Shown here: one piece after another, positions 12,871-26,926 of the stretch
How the letters are laid out: each line of letters opens with the position of its first letter
Numbering within the stretch: position 1 is the first letter of the stretch
Source: the human T2T-CHM13v2.0 reference genome, Homo sapiens
Assembly: GCF_009914755.1 (NCBI RefSeq)
Contig: NC_060930.1
Length of the DNA stretch: 64,000 nucleotides
Strand: one strand, 5' to 3'
The notes under the pieces: model-generated
What the model saw: only the letters and a program-made list of their open reading frames with translations
Database searches by the model: none
Told to the model about the DNA's origin: nothing
Position numbers and translations under genes: made by a program

Positions 12871-14804
12871 AATATCTAAATCTTGGCTGTTAATATTTTG
12901 ATCCAATGTTGTTACCTAGCACCAAGATTGAAGAGATAAATCAAACATTAAAAAGAAAACCTAGATTAGTTTTTGCTGTACTGAACATTAAGAAAGGAGG
13001 GTTACCTCGAGAGGAGAACCGTATAAAGCTCAATTAAAATGGAAAGGGCACTGCAGTGGACTCTATGATTGGTCAAAATATTAGGCTTTCTTCATTAATC
13101 CTTCCTCCTTGGTTTGTCTGGTTAAAATCACACACAGTGGTCTGAAAGTGCAGTGGGCATCAATTAAGATTTAGGTCAGAGCCTCTGAGGTAGCCAGTGA
13201 TTTAGTTTCTGGGATTAAGGAAGACAAAAGCTTACCGATGGCTGGATGAGAATAACATTCCTTTCTATTGTGATCATCCTACATCAAGGAAATGTTTGAA
13301 ATTTAGGGAGTCTGTTAAAGTTATTATATGGCCGAGCTTTTGAAAAACACAGCAGCACAAATGTGTTTTATCAGTCTTTACTGTTGGTAAGAATCCTGGA
13401 GAAAGGAAATTTGATCAGTCTCCCAATGCAGTTTACTCCAAAATGGATCACTAGTCTAGAGGACCAACTGCATCTATCAGAGTCAGATCTATCTGCCAAG
13501 ACTCCCCACTTCCCTCACCATCATTCACACATCCTGTGCTTTCTTTGCAAATGATACAGACTGTCATTAGGTTTAGAGTAAGCTGCAATTAGCAAGTCTC
13601 TCAACTTCTCTTACAAGGAACTTATTTTTAGTGGAAAGTTTTGTAATGGTTCCTGTCTAATGTTTAACTCTTCCCTGGAGACCAAACTCCCTAGCTCAAT
13701 CATTGACAGCAGGATTCCAGGAGTGAATGGCATCCCTTTGAACCAACTAGTGACTGTAATTGCTTAAACCTAGCTACTAGCCATTTCGGCACCTTCTACA
13801 CAGCACCCCTTGCAAATAAGTCCGGCAGAGCTATGGAATTTTGGCCTTTTTGTCTGAACTCTCGGGATTGTATGAGACTGGACCTTGGTTCTTAAAAGGG
13901 CTCTTCAGTGTGGTCAGGGCTGGTGATCAAAAGCATCAGTCTCAGCACCTAGTCACATGTGTTTTTCGTGTTTTCGTGGATGAGGCTGGTTCTGTGCTTG
14001 CCAAGGTCAAGCAACTCAATTACCCAGGGCCTGCTTGGAAGCTACTGTGCGCAGTCTGGCCCTCAGTGGCTTCTCCCCTTGCCCTTGGGCCCTGATGGCT
14101 GTTTGCAAGCTGGGAAGAAGACACCAGGGCTGGGGGGTACCCAGAAACCCAAACAGATGGAGAAAAGTTTCAAAAAGGCAAAACAATGAAGATTTGCTTA
14201 ATTTACAGATAAAATAAAATAAACATAATTTAATCTATCAACTATATTTATTCCTGTGGTTCTTCATTAGCACAGAAAAATTAAGAATTGTTTATATTTT
14301 AAGAGTAATACAATGAATCTTTCTTCTATTCCTGAATGAGTCACACCGAAGTAACTACCACAACTCTTGGATACGCTACTAATCAACACACAATAAAACA
14401 AATGATCGCCATGGTTTTCCAACTTTAAACCCACTTGGAAAAAGTTCCATGCTGGTGGGAGCTACACCACCACGTAGCTCCATACGAATTTGTTGACTGA
14501 TGACTGACACACAGAAGGGTCTACAGAATAATAAAGGAAAGCTAACTTTAAAAAACCCTCCTTCTATTTCATTTGAGTGCTTGTACATATCTGCTTATGT
14601 TTATCATCTAGTCATGAAATATCATTTCGGCTTTCTTTACAGAGGTTGGGGTGAATTTAACTGGATCATTTCATGTATCCTATAAGCCTTTGGGTTTTGT
14701 TTTTTTCTTGATCTTCTGGAATTCTTTTTTCTGTCAAACCCTACTCATTCTTTACATCCCTTCTCTTTTATGAAAACTCATTCCCTCTCCTCCTCTTCCT
14801 CCCA

Positions 14805-15065
14805 CTAGCTAATATGTATTGAGCACTTAATGTGTCAGATACCACTTTAGGTGCTGTGTGTGTGTTGACTCATGTAACATTCAAAATCATCCATTGACTC
14901 ATAAAACCTTCAAAACCACCGGTGAGGTAGGGCTCTTATTACCTCCTTTGTGCAGATGAGAAACAGAGAAACAGAAAAGTAAAGTAATTTGCTCAATAGC
15001 ACATGGCAGGTGGGTGGTACAGGTTGGATTTGAACTCAGGCAGTTGGTTCTCTCTTAAGCACTCC
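14805..15065 (-). mobile_element. MIR
   Basis: TATTGAGCACTTAATGTGTCAG...CAGATGAGAAACAGAG...GGATTTGAACTCAGGCAG. Confidence 0.75.
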
Positions 15066-15654
15066 AACCTTCTTGAATCTGTCCATTTCCTGAACCCTGA
15101 TGATCATTTCCCCAACTTATGTTGCTTGATAGTTGCTTTGTGAATGTTCCCATGCTGCAGAGAAAGAATCTCCTTAGAGAGTATGCCATGACTTTCTTAC
15201 ATTGCTTAGAACTTTTTTTTTGCTTTGCCATTTATTTTTATCAATTATTTATTAACAAATTAACAAAACAAGAAAACAAGCCAAAACAAAAATGGTCAAA
15301 AGATAAGCCTGACGAGGGGAGAAGAATTATTATTTTTAAGTAAAATAATCTTAAAAACACATTCCTACTGTTAAATTTTATTAGGAACTCCCCATTTCTC
15401 CAACCATTGCTCCTGTGTACTACACAACCTGGCATGCATGAGTGATTGTGCACGTGTACACACACAGAGTTTTTAAAATTTGAGCCAGTTTTCAATCACA
15501 AAGCAACGTAAACTCATTTTTAAATATCTAAAGACAGACAATGTCTACTGCAGAAAGTGAACCTGTCTTATAAACCCAATCCCAAAACATTTAAAAATAT
15601 TTGGGAGTCTATATTTTGCTAGACTTTTATTCTACAATGAGATAGATAAAAATG

Positions 15655-15850
15655 GGCTTGTACTGTATGTTCTTTTGCATTTGTTGCTTTGTATTTGATT
15701 CACATCTTTTCATATCTTTGTGTATATCCTCTTTCTTCTTTTTCACCAGTAGCACAGTATTCCAAAGTGTGGATTGCCAAATTGTAATAAGGACCCTACT
15801 GATGGACTTTTGGATTGTGTTCATGTTTTCAATATCATGCTCAACTGCAT
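15655..15850 (-). mobile_element. Old L1 (L1M) fragment
   Basis: CAGTATTCCAAAGTGTGGAT...CCTACTGATGGACTTTTGGATTGT. Confidence 0.55.
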
Positions 15851-16619
15851 TTCACATAGCCTCAAAAGAAAGAAATCTCTGCTAGGTCGAACTCAAATAG
15901 GGAGTGTTGGGCCAAGTGGCTCTTCTGTGCAATTAAGAAAGAAATTACTCAGCAGATAGAAAGTATGACATAGAAGAGGCTAACACTTCTCTAACTGGGT
16001 ATTCAGGGAATATCATTAGGGATGTCAACTGAGGTATATAAAGAGTCTTTTCCCTAAGGAACATTTCGTTTAATGATGAAATAGACACATCTCTCTGCTA
16101 AATCATGCTTGTGGGAACCCAAGGAGGCCAGCCCCTGAATCACAGGCCTGCTTAGAGTAAAACGCTGCACCGAAGCTCTGCTGACGTTTTCCTATGCTGA
16201 AGCAAGAAGTGAGGAACATTGTCTTTGAAAAATGCTCTGACCAAAACCATTCTTTGCTCTGCTATGTAGAGTAGAGCTTTGTTTTTCAATCAGGCTGTTA
16301 TTCAAATGCTGGAGCGGATCCAAATTTGCTTTCCTGAGGAAAAGTCTGCCTTTGCCTACAGCACGCACACACGGCTGGAGGACGGCTCCCACCCCTGTCC
16401 TCCCAAGACCTGCATTCCAGTCCAAATGGTTCCCTCACCGACCCACTAGGTGCACAAGGCTCTCCTCAAGCCGCCTTTTCTTCCCCTCACAATCTCCTCA
16501 TGCTTTTCTGTGTCCTTCCCGTTTTGCAAGGGCCATACCAGCTTCACTTCTGAGCAGGCTTCCCTGCTTACAGAGAGCTTCTTTCCCTGCCTGGTAGCAC
16601 CCGTCCCTCACGCTCACTG

Positions 16620-17030
16620 GATGATCCACTCACTGGCTCACTCACTCGTTCCTTCAGCAGATGTCCCTCCAGCACCTCCCATGTGCCAAGAACACAGCAG
16701 GGGACAAAATAACGTCCTTCACCCACCCACGGAGCCAACGGTTCAGAGGCAGAAACAGACCATAAGCCAGTACGTCAGTCTGCACGGCGTCGGGTGGTGT
16801 TGAGGACAGGTGACAACGGGGAGGGTGACAGAGGTGACCCCGTGGCCATTTTGCATGGCATGTGAGGGAGGGCTGGCGGATTGGGTGACTTGTGGCCCAG
16901 AGCTGAATGAGGAAGGGGACGGAGCCTGGCAGGGATCTCCCAGAAGGTCCTTCCAGGCAGAGGGACTGTCAGTGCAAACGTCCGGTGTTGGGCACTTTCT
17001 TGGCCTTCTGGGGGAACATCAAAGAGGCCA
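16620..17030 (-). mobile_element. L2 3' region, unusually GC/CpG-rich
   Basis: L2 landmarks GCACCTCCCATGTGCCAAG, GTGACTTGTGGCCCAGAGCTGAATGAG, TTCCAGGCAGAGGGAC..AGTGCAAA, GGAACATCAAAGAGGCCA. Confidence 0.7.
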
Positions 17031-17040
17031 CTTAGCTCCT

Positions 17041-17510
17041 TTTAAAAAAAGACTATTTTTTAGAGCACTTTTGGGTTCACAGCAAAATTGAGAAAAAGGT
17101 ACAGAGATTTCCCATATACCTCCTGCTCCCACATGCACACAGGCTCTCCCACTGTCGACCTCCCTCCACAGACTGGCACATTTGCTACAATCAATAAACC
17201 TGCATTGACACATCATTATGACCCCAAGTCTATAGTTGACAGTAGGGTTCGCACCTGGTGGTGTACATTCTATGGGATTGGGCAAATGCACAGTGACACG
17301 CTTCTACCACTATCGTATCACGCAGAGGACTTTCACTGCCCTCAAATCTTCCATGCCTCACCTATTCATCCCTCCCTCCTTGCAGTCCCTGGGAACCCCT
17401 GATCTTTTTACTGGTACCCTAGTTTTATCTTTTCCAGAACGTTCTAGTTAGAATCATACAATATACAGCTTTTTCAGATTGGCTTCTTTCACTTAGCAAC
17501 ATATTTAGCT
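17041..17510 (-). mobile_element. L1MC-type 3' end
   Basis: TTCACAGCAAAATTGAG...AGAGATTTCCCATATAC...TTGACACATCATTAT...GGCTTCTTTCACTTAGCA. Confidence 0.85.
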
Positions 17511-17764
17511 ATTTTTTAAATGTGATTTTTGTTTTACAAACGTATTTGTTCTTTCTTCAACTCAAATGTAAGATTTTTTAGAGCAATGGGTTGAAGGTTG
17601 TAGATAACAGGTGAGAAATCGTGATGACGCTTTCTTAGAAGAATTCCCCTCTTTGAGGTACATCAACGTGTGCTACACATCCCTGTGTCCTCCAGCCCTT
17701 ACCTAAAACTTTAATTGGATTATTAGCCCTAGCCTGTGACATGCAAATATTCTAATTAAAGGCT

Positions 17765-18747
17765 GTTTTTTTTCTTTTTAAAAAAATTCAGTGGATACAT
17801 AGTAGGTGTATATATTTATGGGTTATATGAGATGTTTTGATACAGGCATGCAATGTGTAATAATCACATCAGGGTACATGGGGTCTCCATCACCTCAAGC
17901 ATTTATCCTCTGTGTTACAAACAATCCAATTACAATATTTTAGTTATTTTTTAATGTACAATTAAATTATTTTCGACTACGGTCATCCTGTTGTGCTAGC
18001 AAATACTAGGTCTTACTCATTCTTTCTATGACTTGTACTCATTATCTATCTCCCCTACCTGCCCCCCATAATCCCCCCCACCCACAACGCTACCCTTCCC
18101 AGCCCCTGGTAACCATCCCTCTATTGTCTGTCTTTATGAGTTCAATTATTTTAATTTTTAGCTCCCACAAGTAAGTGAGAACATGTGAAATTTGTCTTTC
18201 TGTGCCTGGTTTATTTCACTTAACATAATGACCACTAGTTCCATCCATGTTGCTGCAAATGACTGGATCTCATTCTTTTTTATGGGTGAATAGTACTCCA
18301 TTGTGTATATGTACCACATTTCCTTTATCCATTTATTTGTTGATGGACACTTAGGTTTCTTCCAAATCTTGGCACTTGTGAAGAGTGCTGCAATAAACAC
18401 AGGACTGCAGATATGTCTTTAATATATTGATTTCCTTTCTTTTGGGTATATGTGAGTGGGATTGCTGGATCATATGACAGCTCTATTTTTAGTTTTTTGA
18501 GGAACCTCCAAACTGTTCTCCACAGTGGTTATACTAATTTACATTCCCACTAACAGTATATGAGGGTTCCCTTTTCTTCACATCCTCAGTAGAATTTGTT
18601 ATTGCCTGACTTTTGCATATAAGCCATTTTAACTGTGGTGAAATGATATCTCATTGTAGTTTTGATTTGCATTTCTCTGAGGATCAGTGATGTTGAGCAC
18701 CTATTCATATACCTGCTTGCCATTTGTATTTTTCCTTTTGAGAAATA
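17765..18747 (-). mobile_element. L1MA-type 3' UTR plus ORF2 C-terminal fragment
   Basis: ORF 18158-18400 gives the ORF2 C-terminal motif MFIAALFT..K.W..PKCPS...WIK.MWYIYTMEYY; L1MA 3' UTR at the left end. Confidence 0.93.
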
Positions 18748-19630
18748 AGCCTGATATTCTTTCAGGGCATAAATTAAGAATGCAACCCTCCTCTGCCCAT
18801 GGCCACATATATCATGTAAGAGCAATCTGGCATAGATACTCCAATTCATTTTTTTTAAATGGATTCTCAGTTCTAAACAACATAAACCAATGTCTTTATT
18901 TTTAATGCTTGTCTTTGCTTCAGTCAAAAAAACTCCAAAACACAATGAAGGAAGAGGCCAATTGAGTAAACCAGTTACTTAAAGCTAACAAAGAAACAGA
19001 CATCATCAAGCAGTTCTGTCTTCCCAAATCAATTCTTTTGAAATCAAACACCTTCGTTAAGTGGTTCCTTGAACTGTTTTGCCATAAAAATTAAAAAAAA
19101 AAAACTCATGAAGAAAATGAAATAATCATGTACAAAATACCTTTGTCACTTTATTTTTAATACAATTGTATGCAATTTGTTAATTTTCATCATCCTTTAT
19201 AACTGAATTATATGTGCTTTTGAAAGCTACATAATGAATAACATGTTGTATATAATTGTTAAAATGTGTCTATGGTCATCATATAATTTAGACCTGAGGT
19301 CCTCAGTAGAAGACAAAGTCCAGGAAGTCAGAACCTCTGTTCCTCTTTTCACTATACCCCAATACCATATGTATATGGGAGAATGGATTTGATTGACTTG
19401 AGTTGTATCTGCAGTGCTTCTTGAAGGCATGAAAACTACTGCGAGTGTTTTAATTACTCAAACCTCCACCCTTCCATATGTAAGCTTCTTGAAAATAGGG
19501 ATTTTGTCTGGCTGGCTTTCCTGCTGAATCCCCAGCACCTAATATGGTGCCTGGCCCATACAGAGTCCTTAACAGATGTTCAATAAATATTAATATCTAC
19601 TAAATTATTTTCTGAAATGGATACAGTATC

Positions 19631-19982
19631 TGAGATGGTTAATTTTACGTGTTAACTTGGCTAAGCCAAGGTACCTAGATATTGATCAAACATTCTTCTG
19701 GATGTCACTGCAAAGCTATCTTCTTTAAAAGATTAACATTTAAATGAGTAGGCTTTGAGCAAAACAAATGACCTTCCATAATGTAGGTGGGCCTCCAATC
19801 AGTTGAAGGCCTTAATAGAAAAAAGAGCGACATCCACAGAGCAAGAAGGAATTCAGCTAGCAGAGTGCCTTCGGACTCAAGTAGCAATGTCAGTTCTTCC
19901 CTGATCTCCAGCTTGCCAGCCTGCCTTGCTGATTTTGGACTTGCCAGTCTCCATAATTGTGTGAACCAACTTCATAAAATAA

Positions 19983-20016
<34 letters not shown>

Positions 20017-20074
20017 GTATATATATACACACACACATTCCATTGGTTCTGTTTGTCTGGAGAACCCTAATACA
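19631..20074 (+). mobile_element. MLT2-family (ERVL) solo LTR with internal (TC)n(TA)n(CA)n
   Basis: GATGGTTAATTTTACGTGTTAACTTGGCT...CAATCAGTTGAAGGCC...TTGGTTCTGTTTGTCTGGAGAACCCTAATACA. Confidence 0.88.
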
Positions 20075-21099
20075 CCCACCTTACTCCTTTGCTCACTCAA
20101 TGAATCAATCAATATATGTCATTTGCCAGGGATCACTCTCACCCATCAAGACCTCACAACTACTAAAGCCAAACCAGTGATACAACCCCTGAAGTACACT
20201 CTTGACTTTAACTTCTCCACTCCGGTGGAGTGACAAAGAGCATTACTTCCTTAATGTTTCGACGATTATATGATGCAAAGCACCTGCATGAGGAACAGGT
20301 GCTGAGAGGACACTGTACTTGCTAAAGCCATGTCCTGATAGTGTGACAGAAGGCACCAGCATACTACTGTGCTTTGAGGAGAAAATGCTTCCCATGGTGA
20401 GGCTGAGCTGCTGATAGTCTCACTTCCTCTAAATATTTCCACTCTTTACAAGTGAAGCTGTGGGTGGGGAATTTCAGAGTCATGGAAACTAGTCAAAGGT
20501 TACTAAAGGTTCATGGACACTACTATTTGATAACTGTGTGGTAGCTGCATAGTCGCATATGCTATAGAAAAAGGTGAATATAAAAAATACATCAATAGGA
20601 AGCTTATAGATGAGCACTATATGAAATTTGGTTCTCTTCAGGATCAAGCAAAGTGATGGACCTTCATGGAACCCAATCTGCTGGTCTGGGGAACAATACT
20701 TTTGTAAATTAAGTATTCATATAGAACTTTTCCCCAAGGGCTTATCTGGAGGGGAAGTGACAGTGAGAGTGAAAGCCTTAATTTGCCCACAATCAGCATG
20801 GGCTAGCCCAGTCACAAATTGTCTGTCCAGGAAGATTCTTTTTTTTCTTTTTGTTTTTATTTTTTAATCTTGGGGAGTCACTTTAGCCCTTTCTTCCTCT
20901 CCCATTTAAGACCCCTTCCCTCCTTTGATGTCCCCTAGCTAAAACCTGCTTCTAACTTGAGGCAAAATTTTCACTTCTCTGCTCAAGTAGTTTGTGCATG
21001 AAACAGGGATAAATTTGGTGGCAATTGTGCCTTCTTGAAATCCTAACTCTGAACCATCATTTTTGTCAATGACTTAGCACTGCCAACTGATAGAAATGA

Positions 21100-21407
21100 T
21101 AGACTGTCATACATTCATGCAATAGGATACTATACAGCTGTGAAAATGAATTATCAACATCTCTTGGCATCAACATGGATAACACTCAGAAATATCATGT
21201 TGACCCTAGAGCAAGTCTTGGAAGAATGCTTATGTATGATTATATTTACTTACAGTTCCCAAACAGGCAGAAATTGACTATATGCAAATTGTATATATAC
21301 CTATGCATATATGTCTATGCATACACTTAGACCTAGGAGGCCAATCAAAAAGTAAAGTAAGGGAATGACTAACAAAATTTTAAGACAATAGTTCCTTTTG
21401 TGGTAGG
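21100..21407 (+). mobile_element. Old L1 (L1ME-like) 3' fragment; resumes at ~24435-24600 after the MST provirus
   Basis: ATACTATACAGCTGTGAAAATGAA...CAACATGGATAA... Confidence 0.6.
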
Positions 21408-21743
21408 TGATATAATTTGGATGTTTGTCTCCTCCAAATCTCACGCTGAAATGTGATCCACAGTGTTAGAGGTGGGGCCTAGTAGGAGGTATTGGATTAT
21501 GGGGGCAGATCCCTCATGAGTGGCTTAGTGCTGTCCCTTTGATGGTGAGTGAGTTTTCACTCAGTTAACGCACCCAAGATCTGGTTGTTTAAAGGACTCT
21601 GGGACCTCTCCCTTCTGTCCTTTTCTCTCTCTCTTGCCATGTCATATGCTGGCTCCTCCTTCCGCCATGATTGTAACCTTCCTGAGGCCTCACCCGAAGC
21701 AGATGCCAGCACCATGCTTTCTGTATACCCTGCAGAACCATAA

Positions 21744-22062
<319 letters not shown>

Positions 22063-23880
22063 CCCACTTTTTTTCTTTATAAATTACCCAGCCTTGGGTA
22101 TTTCTTTATAGTGATGCAAAACGGACTAACACAGAAAATTGAAAATTGGTACTGAGAAGTGGAGCATTGCTATAAAGATAACTGAAAATGTGGAAGTGAC
22201 TTTGGAACGGGGTAAGGGAGAGGCTGGAAGAGTTTAAAGGACTCAGAAAAAGACAGGAAGATGAGGGAAAGTTTGGAACTTCTTAGAGACTGGTTAAATG
22301 GTTGTGACCAAAATACTGATACAGATATGGACAGTGAAGTTCTGGCTGATGAGGTCTCAGATGGAAATGAGAAAGTTTTTGGGAAATGGAATGGGGTCAT
22401 TCTTATTATGCCCTAACAAAGAACTTGGTTGCACTGTATGCTCTAGGGATCTGTGGAAGTTTGAACTTAAGAGTGATGACCCAGGCTACCTAGTAGAGGA
22501 AATTTCTAAGCAGCAAAGCATTCAAGAGGTGACTTGGCTACTTCCAGCAACCTAAATCAGATATGGGAGCAAAGAAGTGACTTAACATTGAAATTTATAT
22601 TTAAAAGGGAAACAGAGTGTAAAAGTTTGTAAAATTTGCAGCCTGGCTCTGTGGTAGAGAAAGAATCCAAGCAGGTTGTGAAACATTCACTTGCTAGAGA
22701 GATGAGCATAACTAAAAGGAAGCCAATATCCAAGACAAGGCAAAAACCCTCCAAAGGCATTTCAAAAATCTTGAGGACAGCCCCTCCCATCAAAGGCCCA
22801 GAGGCTTAGGAGAAAAGAATGGTTTCAGGGGCCAGGCCCAGGGCCCTACTGCCCTGCTGAGCTTCAGACTCTGGCTTCAGCCTCAGCTCAAAGGGGCCCA
22901 GGTACAGCTCTGGCCACAGTTCTGGAGGACACAAGCCATAAGCCTTGGTGATTGCCACATGGGGTTAAGTCTGCAGATGCTCAGAACGCAAGTGTGAAGA
23001 AGGCTTGGTGGCTTCCACCTAGATTCCAGAGGATGTATGGGAAAGCCTGGGTGCTCAGGCAGAAGCCTACTGCAGAGGCAGAGGCCCCACAGAAAAACTC
23101 TACTAGGAAAATGCCAGGGGAAATGTGGGGTTGGAGCTCCTACACAGAGTCCCCACCAGGGCACTACCTAGTGGAGCTGCGGAAAGGGGGCTGCCACCCT
23201 CTAGAACCCAGAATAGCAGATTCACTGGCAGCTTGCACCCTTTAACTGGAAAAGCAACAAGCACTCAACTTAAACCCATGAGAGCAGCCATGTGGGCTGC
23301 ATCCTGCAAAGCCACAGGGCCAGAGCTGCTCAAGGCCTTAGGAGTCCACTGTTATAACAGTGTGCCCTAAATGTAGGACTTGGAGTCAAAGGAGATTGTA
23401 TTTTGGACCTTTAAGATTTAATGACTACCCTGCTAGGTTTCAGATTTGTGTGGGGCCCCTATACCCTTTCTTTTGGCCAATTTCTCCCTTTTGGAATGGT
23501 AATGTTTGCCCAATATCTGTACCATCATTGTACCTTGGAAGTAACTAACTTGTTTTGACTTTAGAGTCTCATAGGTGGACAGATTTGAGTCTTAGATGAG
23601 ACACGACTTTGTACTTGATGCTGGAATCAATTCAGACTTCGGGAGACTACTGGGAGAAGATGATTGTATTTTGCAATGTGAGAAGGACATCAGATTTGGG
23701 AAGCCAGGGGCAGAATGATATGGTTTAAACATTTGTCCCCTCCAAGTCTCATGTTGAAATGTGATCCCCAATTTTGGAGGTGGGATCTAGTGGGAGGTAT
23801 TGGAGCATGCGGGTGGATCCCTTATGAATGAATTAACACCATCTATTTGGTGATGAGTGAGTTCTTCTTCAATTAGTTTA

Positions 23881-24188
<308 letters not shown>

Positions 24189-25227
24189 AGATCTGATTGT
24201 TTAAAAGAGTGTGGCACCTCCCAGCTTTCTTGCTCCCACTCTTGCCATGTGATGCTGGCTCCCCCTTCATCTTTCACCATGACTGTAAGCTTCCAGAGGC
24301 CTCACCAGAAGCAGATGCCAGCACCATGCTTCCTATACAGCCTGCAGAACCATGAGCCAATTAAACCTTTTTTCTTTGCAGATTACCCAGCCTCAGGTAT
24401 TTATAGCCACACAAACATAGACCAACCCAGTGGGCATTGGGAGAGAAGGATACAATTGTTTAGGGGCACACAGCAGGCTTTCAGGGTTGGGTAGTGGGGT
24501 AACAGGTGGATGTGTATTTATGTTTTTATTCCTATGATTATTTAGAATATATGGATACCTTATATATACTTTTTTGTAGTATAAAATGTTACAATATTTA
24601 AAAATTTTTTCAAGCTAAATTTATCTAAATTATTCACCCTCATGTATCACTTTCCTTGGAAAGTAGAGGGTTTTGTAGCTGTTCAAAAAAATTTCTCATT
24701 CATTGACCTCTAGTTAAGTGAATTACAGACCTTCACGAACCAGAGCTTCTAATCTGAAGCAAAAGTGAAAAGGAATGCAGATGAAGAAATACCTCCACCC
24801 GTCCCCTCAGCTCACATTGCTGAGTTACATCGGAGCCTCATGGATTCTTACCTAGGGTGGAACTACCATACAATGGAGCTTGTGTTGTACCCATTTTTAG
24901 GTGTCTATACTACCCTGCATCACTGCTGGGACGTTTGGGAGCCACTGTGGGCAAAGTGAAGTTGTATATTTTGAAGACCAAAAAAGCCTGTAGCTAACAA
25001 GGGCAGCTTGGACCCCTGCTTCCTGGGATATCCAAAATCCATACAATTCCAGCCCAGTGGCACAGGCCAGGCAGGCCCTGGGTGGAAGGCACTGGGAGAT
25101 GCAGCCATGCCCTTGAGGAGCCTGCGTTCTAGTGGGGCTTTCCTAGTCTTCTCTTAATCAAACCCCATTTTCCAGGGTTTGCCATATTCTGTGTGCTGTC
25201 AGGACTGTCAGCAACGTTTTTTCTTTA

Positions 25228-25584
<357 letters not shown>

Positions 25585-26176
25585 TTATACCATTCCTACA
25601 AATTAAAAAAAAAACAGGCCGTTGTGGTTTAATATAAGGTAACCATAAAAAGCAAATACAGGAAAATAAAGCCATGCTATTAATTTGTAGCTAGCTACCA
25701 GTGCCTGTTGATGGCTCCTAGCCTCAGATCGACTTTCTCTTGTTAAAACAGTAAGGAGCCAAGAGTTAGAGTAGCTTTAAGATCAGGTTCAATGTGATTT
25801 CATGCTCTATCTATGTATCTTGTGCTATATAAAATTCTCCTATTTGTGTTCCACACTTCAGAAATTTTCATCAAATGAGTTGTGAAGGTGACAGATAAGC
25901 AGGACAAAGTGAAGGTCATTTGCAGTAGGACGCATCTTCGTGCTGTGCGGGTTTGCATGGAGACATGTCAAGCCTAAGGTGCTCTCCATGCTGTGCCTGT
26001 GCCCTTTCTCCAAGCCAAATCCAGAAGAGGAGGAGGAGGATCTTCCCCCACTACAACCCTTGAATGGATATGTGGGAAATCAAAACTCAGAGTCTAAGGT
26101 CAAATGGAGATGGAGCTGATCATTGGAAAACAGACGACTAAACTCTTTAAGTACCTACAGTAGTAGGTGGCCGGTG

Positions 26177-26550
26177 GTCTTAGCTTGGGTTCCCCCAGAA
26201 GTAGACCCCAATGCAGAGTTCGAGGACATGTAGTTTAAGAAATGATCCCAGGAAGCATTGATGGGGAGTGAAGGAGTATCCAGGGAAGGAGAGAAGCCAT
26301 GAAGGGCCCCGCCACTGTGGGCAACTGGAGCTTGATTCCGTGTAGATTATTCCACTCAAGACTGAGGGAGCTGGAATATTTACAGCCTTTGAGGAGTTCA
26401 TTTCTGGGAATTTTCGTCTGCCCTTTGGGCAATTACAGTTGTCCCTGTGTGGCTTGGAGAAAGCTCTCAGGTCATGAGATAAAGACTCAGGTTGTCAGCA
26501 GCCAGCTCAGTCACAGTGAGGCCTGGAGGAGGGAGGCAGGACACTGACTA
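26177..26550 (-). mobile_element. LTR33-like ERVL LTR
   Basis: GTCTTAGCTTGGGTTCCCCCAGAAG..GACCC...GATCCCAGGAAGCA...CCACTGTGGGCAACTGGAGCT. Confidence 0.65.
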
Positions 26551-26602
26551 CTTCGGATACCCCTTCTCTGCCAGATGCTTAAATGTTTGCTATTCAATCT
26601 AA

Positions 26603-26926
<324 letters not shown>

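Noticed and set aside
14458-14481. Hairpin GGAGCTAC-ACCACCAC-GTAGCTCC
   Set aside because: An 8-bp stem is expected by chance in 64 kb; too short for a pre-miRNA and no other RNA-gene features
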